Assembly (NCBI GenBank): GCA_951406725.2
Contig: OX597814.1
Span: forward strand, 192,510,001-192,574,000
Origin: Octopus vulgaris
Lineage: Eukaryota
Direction: 5' to 3'
Length of the DNA stretch: 64,000 bases
Part shown: piece by piece, positions 10,954 through 24,905 of the stretch
How the letters are laid out: each line of letters opens with the position of its first letter
Numbering within the stretch: the stretch's first letter is position 1
Program-made: the position numbers and the translations under genes
Notes under the pieces: model-generated
What the model was told of the DNA's origin: nothing
Database searches by the model: none
What the model saw: the letters and a program-made list of their open reading frames with translations, nothing else

Positions 10954-13900
10954 TCAAAAATGTTGAAAGTAAACCATGTTCAGTGTGAAGAAGTTACACC
11001 AATATAAGAAGTTTCAAACTGTTTAGTTAAAAAAATTAATTAAAAAATCTGTGAACAAAACTGAAGAGACCCAAAAAATCACACATATACTACTAGATGC
11101 TGTTGGCTCTCTTGAGTTTCCAAAGACAAGATGGTGAGGTGATCTTACCTGCTACCTGGAGCCTTCATGGCGACTACTGGCCAGAGACAGACAGCAGTGG
11201 AAGGAGTCTAGAGAGAGGTTTCTCGTTCAGGAGTGATGATACCCCAGTTGAGGTTGAGGCCAAGGAAGGCAAAATAGGAAGAAAGCAACACCAGCAGCAG
11301 TGGAGGCACAATGGCCCAGTGGTTAGGGCAGCGGACTCATGGTCGGAGGATCGCGGTTTCAATTCCCAGACCGGGTGTTGTGTGTGTTTATTGAGCAAAA
11401 ACACCTAAAGCTCCACAAGGCTCCGGCAGGGGGTGGTGGCGACCCCTGTTGTACTCTTTCGCTCCAACTTTCTCTCACTCTTTCTTCCTGTTTCTTATCC
11501 TCGACTTCCTACGCAACCGCTGAGCCTGGATGCACATTCGTCCATCCGTCGATGCTCTCGGTGTCGGGGGTTGACCTGCTTTCTCTTCTGCGGGTCTTAC
11601 GAATAGCAAAGGACCACGTTTCGGACTTCTCCCACTAATGGGATGAAGACCGCTTCGCTCAACAAACAAACAAACAAACACCAGCAGCAAGGACCGAAGT
11701 GGTTCTTAACTAAGATCCATATGGCCCCTGAGGGGCCGTATGGACCTCAGTTAAGAACCACTAAATGTTGACCACCACATGTACAACCGGTGGTTCATTC
11801 TCACACAACTACCATATGCACCACTGGTGATATATTTTAATAATTTGAGGAAATATTTTATTTTGTATCTTTGACATGGTTTCGAGGATATTTAAATAAC
11901 ATGAGTAAAAAGCACCCACTACACTCTCAGAGTGGTTGGCATTAGGAAGAGCATTCAACTGTAGAAACATTGCCAGATCAGATTGGAGCCTGGTGCAGCC
12001 GTTGGCTCTCCAGACCTCAGTCAAACCGTCCAACCCATGCCAGCATGGAAAATGGAAGTTAAACAATGATGATGATGATGATGATGACGATGCTGAGTGC
12101 TTAACATTAAAGTTTAATTATGAAATACTGTAAAAATGCAAAAAATTTACATTTCCTTGTAATCAAACAGTATGCAGTTTGCTGGAAATACATGTCATAT
12201 GGTAAGTTCCAGTATCAGACCTTAGCAGTTAATCTGTTGAGTGATCCTTACATATCCCACTTTGTCATATATTTTGAGCAACTCAGTGACTATTCCTACC
12301 CTCACATCCTTAATCACCAACTTGAATTACTCATCCCTCTGTAGGGTCAATATAAAGCAGCTCTTCTTTAACACACACATTCTCCTCCTTTAACAATCTC
12401 TAATAATTACACTTCTGTGCCTCTTTCTTATCATCAGCAGTAATGGCAGGTAAAAACTACAAACCACATTCCAATCTATGCACCCGTCTCCACATGTGTG
12501 CCATTTTTCACATGAATCCACCCAGCCGTTTGGCTGTGAACCTCAAAACAAGAAAGAATACAACGATTGCCCATGTCCAATTTAAATTATAGATAGGCCA
12601 TTGCCAGCCTCGCCTGGCCACCGTGCCGGTGGCACGTAAAAAGCACCATCCGATCGTGGCCGTTTGCCAGCCTTGTCTGGCACCTGTGCTGGTGGCATGT
12701 AAAAAGCACCCACTACACTCATGGAGTGGTTGGCGTTAGGAAGGGCATCCAGCCGTAGAAACATTGCCAGATCAGACTGGGCCTGGTGCAGTCTTCTGGC
12801 TTCCCAGACCCCAGTTGCACCGTCCAACCCATGCCAGCATGGAAAGCGGACGCTAAACGATGATGATAATTACTTAACTCCTTCTCCCGACAGTCATACA
12901 AATCAAATAGAATTTCTATAAACTTGTGGCTCACAATAGGTTCTTTTAGCTTCAATATCTTTCTTTCCCATATTGTTTTCTATTTCAGAGTCTGCCTAGC
13001 CCAAACTCCGAGGTCATCAGCCTCTAATCTATGTTGGAAAATGCACTTTTAACAAGGGAAGTGTCTGGTATTTACAATGCTCTGCCTATCCTATTTCCTG
13101 GTAAGGTGGAAATCTATCTGACTCCTATGTTCACCAGATTGGTATGTGATGATGTGGCCGGTTGATATCTTGAAGTATGAATTGCAAATTGTGAGATTAA
13201 TTGCATAACAGAACCCCTATAGCCTTAAAAGTCCCCATTCCTTGTACCAAAACCATAGCATTCACGGACAATACAGACACCACCATGGTGCTAATAAATA
13301 TGTCTGTTAAAGTCACCAGACACTCTGATTAAGTTACAGTTCATCCTTGTCACATGACTAAACTGAATATAGGGAGGGGAGAGATCAGAGTCCTAATTTT
13401 TACTCCCTGGCAAGTTTAAATTTCTATTAAAAGTTTTAAACATAAATATTAAATGTTTTATTGTTTTAAACTCAAATGTTTAAACATGAATATTAAATGT
13501 TATAAATATAAATATAAATATAAATACTATTTATATATTGAACTAAATATTTTCAATGCTTTATCTAAGTTAATTTTTTTTCTTTGCGCTTCATCTCTTC
13601 AACAATCCAATAGTTATTTTAACCAAGAGTTCTGAAAATTTCTGAGATCATGTAACCAAAACAAAAATATATCAAAACCACACCCAACATTTTTTTTTTC
13701 GTCACTTTTACTTGGGTTCAGAATATCACAAAATAGGTTAAGAAACAGTATTGAAGGTTTAAACATTAGCAGTCAATATCTTATTGTATGCAACTCTTTC
13801 TCACAAAAATCATAAGCAAGTTCTCTTAAAACTCTTCAGTCAGTAAAACAAAAGAACCTTGGAAGCTACTCATTAGGTGTAAGCACAAGGCTTTTATTAT

Positions 13901-14157
13901 TATGCTATGGCTACATACAAAGAAAATTTGTTCATTAATTAACTTCTAATTAACAAGCAGTCATTAAGTTTTTAATTCAAAGATTAGATGATGTTTAGCA
14001 CTGTGGACATTCACCCTTTTTTGTCCTGTGTCTAACACACTGAAGCTCAGTGAAGTCCTCTGGCTTGCCAGTTCCTGTTGAACCAACCAAACCATACCAG
14101 TATAGAAAACAGACATTAAATGATAATGATGTTGATGATGACGATGTTGATGATGAC

Positions 14158-14190
<33 letters not shown>

Positions 14191-14661
14191 AGTGGTGGCA
14201 TTGGCGGTGATGGTGATGATAACGATGATGATGACTAAACCCTTTGCATTTAAACTAGCCATATCTGACCCAAATATTCTACTTGTTTTTTGTTGAAATT
14301 GGCCAGATTCAGCCTCTCACACCTACCCAACAATGTCATTCTTAAAAACAAAAAATCACATCATTGAATTCTCAAGGTTATAAGGTAACATAATTAATAC
14401 ATAATTAATTCAAAACAATTTGAATAAATAAGCATTACATTTGATAGAGTAATCTGAATGCTGAAGAGTTAAATACATTTACTAAAATGACCATTGTTTT
14501 TTAAGTTGACAGTATATAATTGAAAGGGAATTTGGTTGCTATTTCTAGCAGGTTGATTGGATGAACACAGAGAGGTGTTGTCATGAGCTTTACTAAAAAA
14601 AAAAGGTTTTTATGCAAAGTAATGACAAGAAAAGTGAATAGAAAATAAATTGATAACATAC

Positions 14662-14801
14662 CAGGAGAAAGAAAATAGTTGTGCATACTGTTTACATAAT
14701 ATTCTTTGGGTACAGTAGAAATAGCAGCACTGATTGCCTGCAGCATGAGATGCCCTCCAAAAGCAAATTTAAAATAGGAATGGACATGTAGTTTATTTCC
14801 T
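14662..14801 (-). CDS. ACOT8: ACOT8-like exon 2: (R)GNKLHVHSYFKFAFGGHLMLQAISAAISTVPKEYYVNSMHNYFLSP(G)
   Basis: Acceptor aattttag|A, donor CCTG|gtatgt, 140 nt (phase 2 to 1). FGG..QA..AA..TV and SxHxYFL.PG are hot-dog thioesterase II motifs. Confidence 0.9.
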
Positions 14802-14927
14802 CTAAAATTGATAAAAAACAGAAAGGAAAAATAAAATTTCTTAATAAATGTCTGAAATTAAAAAATATGTTAAATAACAGAATATTCTTGATAGGCAAAA
14901 AAAAAAAAAAAATTTTTTTAAATGGTT

Positions 14928-14968
<41 letters not shown>

Positions 14969-14969
<1 letters not shown>

Positions 14970-15533
14970 GCCCTGATGCAGAACCAGGCAGTGGCTCTCA
15001 TGGCTTCTGATCTTAACTGATTGGAAGTGTTATCATGTACATTGTTTTGTCTTGGTATAAAAGATGGGCTACAGCAAATATTCTGCTCAATACCACAGAT
15101 TTGCTTGTCAGTTGTTTGACCTTAACCACCAGTTGAGCATGTCCCTTAGTGGCTGATGATATGTGCATCTCTGATCACGAGCTTAAGTAGTGGGGGAGCA
15201 TCAGAGCCATGTGTTGAGAGGGATTCTTTGGGGTTTGAATAATTCACCTTGCAAAACATGGGTGTTTCGTTCAACATCCTTAAACAAGCCTTATTCAGGG
15301 ACCTTTTGAGAGGGATGAGTTACTCGACCAGAAGAAAATTCTAACAGGGGCCCCACCTGCAAGGTCATGTGCTATTTATCTTGATATGAGAACACCATGT
15401 CACGCACACATGGTTGTGATGCATGTTGCATGTGCCTAGTGTACCCTTATCAGACGGGTAGTCATGATGAGTATACTGGGCTTCGTATATTTTACCCAGT
15501 GTCACTTTGATGGCATGCGCTGCTCTCTCACTC
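14969..15533. mobile_element. Element inserted in (AAT)n; a fragment of the same family at 46111..46220 lies in (ATT)n
   Basis: (AAT)n on both flanks. 15430..15533 is the reverse complement of 46111..46220. Confidence 0.65.
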
Positions 15534-15583
<50 letters not shown>

Positions 15584-18520
15584 AATTATTGTATACAGTG
15601 CTCAGGTGCACTACAACTTGTCAAAAGTGCGTATAAATCATATGCAGTAATGTACAAATGTCTGGAAAGTGAACAGTGTATGAGTCAGATACATGCTTGC
15701 GTGTGTATGGAAGGGAGAAAATCAGGTGTAGTGTTGGCAAATCTCAGGAAGCATGGAAGTTTTGAAGGATGCAGTGCTCGGACAACTAACAACTGATGCC
15801 GGCAGTTTGTTCCATGCTTCAGTAACTCTTAGCGTGAAAAAAAGGTTTCCGAAAGTTATGGGAGCTGTGCTGTTTTCTGACTTTGTAAACATGTCCACGG
15901 GTGTTAGACAGGTGGAGTTTGAAAAGGTGCTCAGTTATTGTTAGTAAGATTAATTAATAATTTTATGGTCAAGAAGTTAGTTTTCTAATCATGTGGTCCC
16001 ACTGTGCAACACCTTGAACATGTGTCTTCTGCTACAGCCCGTTGTGAGTGAATTTGGTAGATGAAATATGTTATTCATATTCTGATATTATCATAACTGA
16101 GAAGGATGTTGTGTAAGAAATAAAACTCATTTTTTACCAATTGCACAATTTTCTGAAATGTACATACTAAATGCATTCAAAATAGCAATGCTTAGTTTGA
16201 CTTCATTGTATGTGTGTGTATGTACACATGTGCACACACACACACACACACACAATGAAGTAATTTAATATGTACATTTTAGATAACTTTGCAATTGAGA
16301 AAAAATGAGTTTCATCTCAAAATGAATGAGTTTGTTTGTCCCCAATAACTATTTGACAATTGGTGTTTGTTTGTTTATGTCCCTGTAACTTAGTGGTTTG
16401 ACTAAAAGAAGCTGATAGTACAAGTACCAAACTTTAAAAAAAAGTACTGGGGTTGATTTGTTTTTGATTAAACCTTTTAAGGTGGTGCTCCAGCATGGCA
16501 GCAGTCCAATGACTAAAACGAGCAAAGGATAAAAGATAAAGATTTATTTATTTATCTTTTGTTTCAGTCATTAGATTGTGGCCATGCTGGAGCACTGCCT
16601 TTTACTGAACTGTTAAGTTACAGAGATGTGAACAAACCAACACCAGTGGTGGAGGAAAAACACAGACACAAACATACACACACACACACATATACAATGG
16701 GCTTCTTTCAGTTTCCGTCTACCAAATCCACTCACAAGGCTTTGGTCAACCTGAAGCTATACTGGAAAACACTTCGCCAAGGTGCCAAGCAGTGGAACTG
16801 AACCTGGAACCATGTGGTTAAGAAACTAACTTCTAACCACACAACCACACTAGTGCCTTTGAGAAATAATACAATTTTCAATTTTCTTTTTTGAGATAAG
16901 AGTCATATTCTACAAGACATTATAATTTCCATTACTAGCATATCTAATTCTTAATACATTCCAACAGATTCGAACATGAATATGTTAATTACAGCTGTAT
17001 TTTGTTAGAGGAGAACAATTTCTGTTATGACAAAACTCTGATCCATTAGAAGTTGATTCATTAGCACTTGCTGATGAATCTTCCAGAATGCATCAGGAAT
17101 AAATATGCTGTTCACTGCTCATAATTTATTCATAATTTATAATTTCTAAAAACTTTTGTATTTGGTTTGTAAGATTTTTATATGTAAAATGCATTTTGTT
17201 TTATCATATGAGGATTATTATGCCAAATATTCTTTGCTTTTTTGTTTTGTTTTAGAATACTCTAAGCTTTGATCTAAGTAGTGGAAAATGTGCCTTCTGC
17301 TTTATCATCTGAATTTGGCAAGATTCAGACTCTTTCATTAAACATTGTATGTATAATGATCCATTCAAGTTAGAAACAGAATTCTTGTAAGCTATAAACA
17401 TATAAGTTTTTAATTGGTTGAAATTGAAACTTTTAGGTGAAGAAAAGTAATTAGCGCTAAAGAAAATTGTTTTCAAGGCGGGAAAGGGTGAGAACACACA
17501 ATATTCCAATCAATAAATAATTAAGTGTAAATATGCAGCAGGGGAATGAACCTGTTCTCTGAGGACATGGTTCAGTTATATTTGACCTTTTCAACATGTA
17601 TATGTGTGTGTATGTATACATACAAATATATAGATGTATATACAGATTAGGAAATAATTTTATTCTTAAACACAGGATAATGCTAATAATATAGCACGAA
17701 CAGGATAAACTATACATATTTTGCATTGTACCAATGTATGAAGTTTATGAACTATGAGCAATAACAAACCTTGAACTTCATACATTGCTATGCATTTCTC
17801 TACATCAGATTCTCTGTACATCTCCACATAAAATTTTCCTACCTATACGTAAAAAGCACCCACTACACTCACGGAGTGGTTGGCGTTAGGAAGGGCATCC
17901 AGCTGTAGAAACACTGCCAGATCAGACTGGGTCTGGTGCAGCCTTCTGGCTTCCCAGACCCCAGTTGAACCGTCCAACCCATGCTAGCATGGAAAACGGA
18001 CGTTAAATGATGATGATGATGATGATATTCTCTTACTTATATGCTTTATATTTGTCTCTGATGATGGAATACCCAGTATATGTAAATGTGGATCAACATT
18101 TTGATCCATTATCCCAGAAACAGCTGTAAGACACTGTTATTTTTATGTTTGCTTACTTTGCTTCAGCATTAAATTAATCTAAATGAACTGATAAGCTTGT
18201 CTTGCCTTGATTTTGTCTTCCTCTTCTTTAAATTACACTTACTGACTTGAAGGTAGGTTGCAGATCGCTGGTTTTCTCCCTACTGGACTGTGGCTACCAC
18301 AACTCCAGCCCCCCACCCCCTTGTGAACTTGGGTCCTAGTAGCTTATCAACTGGAGCACTCACACTGCATACCTATTAGTTTAGGTTACCAGTGACCTAA
18401 ACTCTTCTTCTATATATGTGCATGTGTGTGAGATATATGTATATACATTTATATGGTGATTCCCATCATGAATCAGAGCTGAAATACTTAAAATATGTGG
18501 TGGTGTGGGTTATTGTCTTA

Positions 18521-18829
18521 TCTTTATATATATAAAACTAAAGTTGTGTGTGTGTGTATCTGTCTACTCCGATTTAGATTCCTAACTACTCTCACATTTT
18601 GCGGTGCAGTTTAACCAAAAGCGGGTATCTTATGGTCGTGATTCATATCGAGCCTTTCTGGGTATTAGCGCGCGTCTACGATGAGTCTACAATTTAAAAA
18701 AAAATTTACCATCATTTTTCCGCATTTTTAATGATTTTTGCTCGGGTTATATAAGGGAAGTAACTCTCTAAAAATGCTTATATAGTTATTTCCCTTACAA
18801 ACCCGAGCAACGCCGGGCGATACTGCTAG
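18521..18829 (+). mobile_element. Non-autonomous Helitron
   Basis: a|TCTTTATATA...cccgagcaacgccgggcgatactgCTAG|t. Confidence 0.8.
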
Positions 18830-18849
18830 TCACCTATATAGTTAACCAG

Positions 18850-19421
18850 GTGGCACATGTGCTAGAGAGACAACTGCACTTGTATGGTCATGCGATGCAT
18901 ATAGACGAGGACAGCTGTGTAAAGAAGTGCTGATCTCTAACTGTGGAGGGAATCTGTGGAAGATGTAGACCCAGTGAGACATGGGGGTGAGGTGGTGAAG
19001 TATGATCTTCAAACATTAAGACTCACGGAAGTAATGACTAGTGACTGAGACCTTTGGTGATATGCTGTACTTGAGAAGACCCATTAAGCCAAGTGAAATC
19101 ATAGTCATGGACGATGCTGGGGTCATGTAACTGGCACCCATGCCAGTGGCACGCAAAAAGCACCATTCAAGCGTTGGGCCTCACAGAGGCAATTTGGCTG
19201 ACATCGGTGTCACATAACTGGCATCTGTGTCACTGGTACATAAAAACGCCCATTACACTCTGAGAGGAGTTAGCATTAGGAAGGGCATCCAGCCATAGAA
19301 ACCATGCCGAATCAGACTGGAATCTGGTGCAACCCCTAAGCTTACTAGCCCTGGTCAAACCATCCAACTCATGTCAACATGGACAACAGATGTTTGATGA
19401 CGATGATGATGATAATGATGA
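18850..19421 (+). mobile_element. RTE-clade LINE 3' fragment with the (GAT)n tail family attached
   Basis: Decayed RQLHLYGHAMHIDEDSCVKKC..VEGICGRCRP.ETW (RTE C-terminal GHV.R...GRP..TW motif) running into the tail repeat. Confidence 0.7.
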
Positions 19422-19459
19422 TATATATATGCACACACACACACACACACATGTATATA

Positions 19460-20533
19460 CAGGGGTGGGACAAAATAATGGAAACACCTAGTATCATAGC
19501 ATCATAGTTTTGAAATACCTATAAAACCATCAAAAGCTTGTTTATTTTTATGTTTTTTTAATTATTATTAGTGTTACTTCAGATTTTTTTGCTAAAATTG
19601 CTGTTTCTTTTCAGATATCATCAGAAAAAGGTAATTAAAATTCATTAAAATGACAGATCTATCGAACTTTCAAAGAGGTCAAATTGTTGGTGCTCCTAGC
19701 GTAATGAAAATAGCCAAAATGTTTGGTGTATGAAGAAGTACTGTCTCGAAAGTAATGACAGTCTTTGAGAAAGGGGGAAAAACCTCTTCATTAAAACAGA
19801 ACTCCAGAAGAAAACCAAAACTTTCATATAGGGACTGTTGGGCTTTTACATGAATTGTTAGAAAGGACCACAAAAGTACAGCTACCAAAATTACTGCAGA
19901 CCTTAACGATCACCTCGAGAACCCAGTTTCCACAAAAACTGTTCACTGGGGGCTGCACAATGTCAGATTTCACAGGAGGGCTCTAATCAGTAAACCACTA
20001 CAAAAACAAAGATTACAAGGCATTTAGAGAGGAGTAAAACCCTACTGAATTGGTCCCTGGAGCAGTGGAGGAACATTTATTTTCTCGGACAAGTCATCCT
20101 TTACCCTATTTCCAACCACCGGCTGATTATACGTATGGAGACAGCCAAAAGAAGCATTTGACCTAAACTGCCTTCTTCCAACTGCTAAACATTGAGAAGG
20201 ATCTGTGATGATCTGGGGGACTATAACTTGGAAATTTGCCAGCTCAATGGTTTCCCTTCATGGCAGAATTAATAATAAAGACTGTTTAAGCATTTTGGCT
20301 GATCAAATTCATCCTATGGTTGCAGAACTGTTTCAAGAGAGAAACACAATCTTTCAGGATGATAATGCACCAATTCATACAGCTAAAGTTGTTACTGAAT
20401 GGCACGAGGAACGTTCTAGTGACGTTGAACATCTTATCTGGCCACCACAGTCAATATTATTGAACATTTATGGTGCATTTTAGAAAAACAAGTAAGGAGT
20501 CAATATCCTCCACCATCATCACTACAAGAACTG
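19460..20533 (+). mobile_element. Decayed Tc1-like transposon (transposase pseudogene from 19650)
   Basis: ta|CAGGGGTGGGACAAAATAATGGAAAC end. MTDLSNFQRGQIVGA, FSDKS, MIWG, IFQDDNAPIH and WPPQS motifs with stops and frameshifts. Confidence 0.88.
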
Positions 20534-21176
20534 AGGAGGGAAGAAGGAGGGAAGGAAGGAAAGAAAGAAGGGGAGGGATGGAAGGAGGGAGAAAGGAGGG
20601 AAGGAGGGAAAGAAGGAAGGGGAGGGATGGAAGGAGAGAGGGAGGGAGGAAAGAAGGCTGTTGTTTCTAGTTAGTCAAATGACTAAAAGCTTAAAAGCTT
20701 CCTGGTTTGCTCCAGCAACTATATATAGGCTCCTTCATTAGCTCAAGCATCTTGGTACAAGTATCTGTGGAATACTCAGCCACTTATACTGTAATTGAAT
20801 AATTAAGTAGTCCCATTAATCAACACTGATTGAGATGTGTTTACCAAAGAGTAAGGGTTACTAACTACATCATGTTCCTAAGTTCAAACTCACTGCAGAT
20901 AGACATTGTAGTCCTCTGAAGGAGAGCATTGCTTCAGTTTGACTGTGTTATAAAATCAATCAAGCTCCCACATTTGATGAATTGGGAAATTGGTGTGTGT
21001 GTGTGTGTGTGCATGTGGTGGGGTGAGAAGTGGAGAGAGGGAATGTTGGCCGTTAGTACAGAGTGATGGTTGGGTGCTTTGAGCACAAGATGAAGATAAG
21101 GTGGATTGAGTACTGGTAGGTCTTATAGGTCATCTCTCGTCATATGGGCTGTTATGGCACAGTGGATGAATGTTAG

Positions 21177-21362
21177 GGAGAGAGAGATGAGAGAGAGAAA
21201 GAGAGAGATGAGAGAGAGAGAAAGAGATAGAGATGAGAGAGAGAGAAGTGATGAGAGAGATGAGAAAGAGAGAGAGAGAGATGAGAGAGAGAAAGAGAGA
21301 GAGAGATGAGAGAGAGAAAGAGAGAGAGAGATGAGAGAGAGAAAGAGAGAGATGAGATAGAT

Positions 21363-21402
<40 letters not shown>

Positions 21403-21407
21403 CAGAA

Positions 21408-21459
<52 letters not shown>

Positions 21460-21503
21460 GAGAAAGAGAGAGAGATGAGAGAGAGAAAGAGATTGAGACG
21501 AGA
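21177..21503. repeat. (GA)n-rich microsatellite
   Basis: Direct reading. Confidence 0.95.
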
Positions 21504-23578
21504 GGGTTAGGCAGGTTCATTGATACCCCCTACAGGGGCAGCATCATACAGTGAATAGGAAAGCTTCACCTGTGGTCTCTGCAACATATGCAGTATAACA
21601 GAGTGAATGGAATAGAAAGGGAGTGGTCAGAGGGTGAGTGATAGAGATGAATGATGGAAGTTGAGTGATAGAGAAAGGAATGATAGAAAATGAATGATAG
21701 AGAGATGAATGATAGAAAGATGAATGACAAAGAGATATGTTTCTTTATTAGCCACACAGGGCTGCACACAGGGACAGATTACAAAGTAGAGCTTTTCTTT
21801 TTGGGGAGAAAAAAAAAGTGGGGTAGGTTTTCGATCAAAAGGGATCGTAAAAGGGAAAGTAAAAAAAAAAAAAACGATCAATAAGGATCGTGTATCACAG
21901 AAATGTCATGATGTAAAGTGTAAAGGGGGAAGCAGATAAGGTTTATCATGGAAAGAAAAGCCTACGGAAAAGACCACGGTAACCTCGTAGATAATAGAGA
22001 GGTGAGAGGGTACCAAGAGTCTCAACAGGGACACATAGAATGAGACCCAAATATAAATATTTCTCTCTCTATCCCCTTCTACTCCTTCTATACTATTTAT
22101 ATTCCCCCCTCCCAGTTTCCTGTAGATAGGCCCCCAACACCATCTATTTTTCTCTCTCTCACTCTGACTATCTCTCTACCTCTTTTTAACTCTCGCACCC
22201 GTTTCTTTCTTTCCCTAACCTACTGGGGTAGCCAAATATCTCCTAGTATAATTAGATAACTTTCTCTGTCCCTCTATTATACACTAACCCCTTCTAGCTC
22301 ACAGCCACATCCCTCAATTCCATCCCCTCTCTCAAATGAGAAGTCTTTGTCTTGCAAGCTATTTGGTAACTCTGTTGATGCCACATAAGTTGGTGTTAAG
22401 AAGGGCATCCAGCTGTAGAAACAATACCTATTTATTTACTACCCACAAGGGGCTAAACACAGAGGACAAACAAGGACAGACAAAGGGATTAAGTCGATTA
22501 TATCGACCCCAGTGCGTAACTGGTACTTATTTAATCGACCCCGAAAGGATGAAAGGCAAAGTCGACTTCAGCGGAATTTGAACTCAGAACATAACGGCAG
22601 ATGAAATACCTATTTTTTTACTACCCACAAGGGGCTAAACACAGAGAGAACAAACAAGGACAGACAAAGGGATTAAGTCGATTATATTGACCCCAGTGTG
22701 TAACTGGTACTTATTTAATCGACCCCGAAAGGATGAAAGGCAAAGTTGACCTCGGCGGAATTTGAACTCACAATGTAATGGTAGATGAAATACCGCTAAG
22801 CATTTCGCCTGGCGTGTTAACGATTCTGCCAGCTACCGAAATAGACAAATGGAGCTTGGTGTAGCTCTCCAGCTTGCCACCTCCTGTTGAACCGTCTAAC
22901 CCATGCTGACATGGAAATCAGATGTTAAATGATGGGGATGATATCTCCAGCCTTTATCACTACCACCATTTCAATGTTCCCCATGCTTGTACACCAGGGT
23001 GAGTCTTCTCCACCACTGCTTGTTGCCAATCCGTCATTTCTTTTAAGAGACCCAACATCCTCAGATCAGTCTTCACCACTTCATCTAATGTCTTCAGGGG
23101 TCTCCCTCTTTGATAAGCTCCAGTAAATTTGAATGCCTTACACTTTTTTTATAAAACTGACATTCTCATCACCATATGTCCATACCAGCACAGTTTTCTC
23201 TCTTGCACAGTGAATCTAATTCCTCTTATACACATCCTTTCTCACAGTTCATTAGTATGCTGTTATATATATATCACCGTGACCGACCAGGCTATCAGAT
23301 GTTGTTATACATCGCTGGTCACAATGTGCTTAGCATTGTTTGAGCCTTCAAATGACGCCACCCTACTGGCTAAGCGAGCAGGCCAACAGAAGAAAGAGTG
23401 AGAGAAAGTTGTGGCAAAAGAGTACAGCAGGGATCGCCACCCCCCACCCCCCTGCCAGAGCCTTGTGCTGCTTTTAGGTGATTTCACTCAATAAACACTC
23501 ACAACTCCCGGTCTGGGAATTGAAACCACGATCCTACGACTGCAAGTCCACTGCCCTAACCACTGGGCCATTGCGCCT

Positions 23579-23621
<43 letters not shown>

Positions 23622-23928
23622 CCCATGCCAGCATGGAAAGCAGACGTTAAACAATGATGATGATGATGATGTATATGTATATGTAGGTATGTATATATAT
23701 GAGACCATGACCTGTTCGCTAACAACACAGAATTTTGTCAGTGAACAGGATGTGGTCTCAAAGCAACAAAAATATTTTGACAAATTAAATTTAAATGTTG
23801 AAGTGAATCAAACGGTTTTTGTGTTTTTAATGGCTTATAAGCACCTTCTATGCTGCAATTGATTTTGTTTCAACACATGATCTCAGATCAGGTCACTTGC
23901 TATGCAAGTACATCTCCGTAATATACAT

Positions 23929-23963
<35 letters not shown>

Positions 23964-24841
23964 AATATATATATATATACATACATACATATATACATAT
24001 ACATATACATACATAGAGACACACACACACACATATATATATATACATATACCCATATATCATCATCATCATCGTTTAACGTCCACTTTCCATGCTGGCA
24101 TGGGTTGGATGGTTTGACTGAGGTCTGCCAAGCCAGTGGGTTGCACCAGGCTCCAATCTGATCTGGTAATGTTTCTACAGCTGGGTGCCCTTCCTCACGC
24201 CAGAGAGTATAGTGGGTGCTTTTTACATGCTACTGGCATGGGAGCCAGTCAAGGGGCACTGGCATCAACTATGTTTAGACGGTGCTTTTTACATGCCATT
24301 AGCACGGGAGCCAGTCAGAGGGCACTGGCATCGACCACATTCAGTTGGTGCTTTTTATGTGCCACCAGCACAGAAGCCAGTCAGGCGGCAGTGGCCACAG
24401 CTATGATTTCAAGATATATATATATATGTATGTATGTATATATATACATACACACTCACACAAACACACACATATCATCACAATGTATCATAATTCTGGA
24501 AAAGAAGAACACTCTAAAACAGGCAGAAGGCCCGAAACTTTTTGGGAGGTGGGGCCCCCACTCGATTAGATTAACCCCAGTACACAACTGGTACTTAATT
24601 TATCGACTCCAAAAGGATGAAAGGCAAAGTCAATCTCAGTGGAATTTGAACTCAGAAAGTAAAGACAGAAGAAATACTGCTAGCCTGGTGTGCTAACGTT
24701 TCTGCCAGCTTGCCACCTTAGAGCAGTAAAGTAATAAAGTTAATGTCGGGCCATAGTGTGACCAATGGTTTCGCATCCACAAAGGCCTTAGCCTCACAAA
24801 CATCTCAGCAGATTCTAAAGAGTTGAATTTGTCTTCAGCTT

Positions 24842-24905
24842 TAGAGTCTGATGAGACATCTGTGAAGCCAAGGCCTTTGTGAATACGAAACCGTTGGTCA
24901 CTCTA
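24842..24905 (+). ncRNA. Type I hammerhead motif (family G), predicted cleavage after GUC at 24899
   Basis: tagagt-CTGATGA-g...c-GAAA-cc-gtt-gg-TC-actcta, with a perfect 6-bp stem I. The inverted partner at 24754..24817 has a mutated core (CTGCTGA). Confidence 0.75.

Noticed and set aside
17068-17105. CTGATGA followed by a short stem
   Set aside because: No GAAA or helix III downstream.
17256-17312. Plus-strand acceptor followed by NTLSFDLSSGKCAFCFII*, a CaaX-like terminal exon
   Set aside because: No upstream plus-strand exons found, it is antisense inside an ACOT8 intron, and it is short enough to be chance. RNA-seq would be needed.
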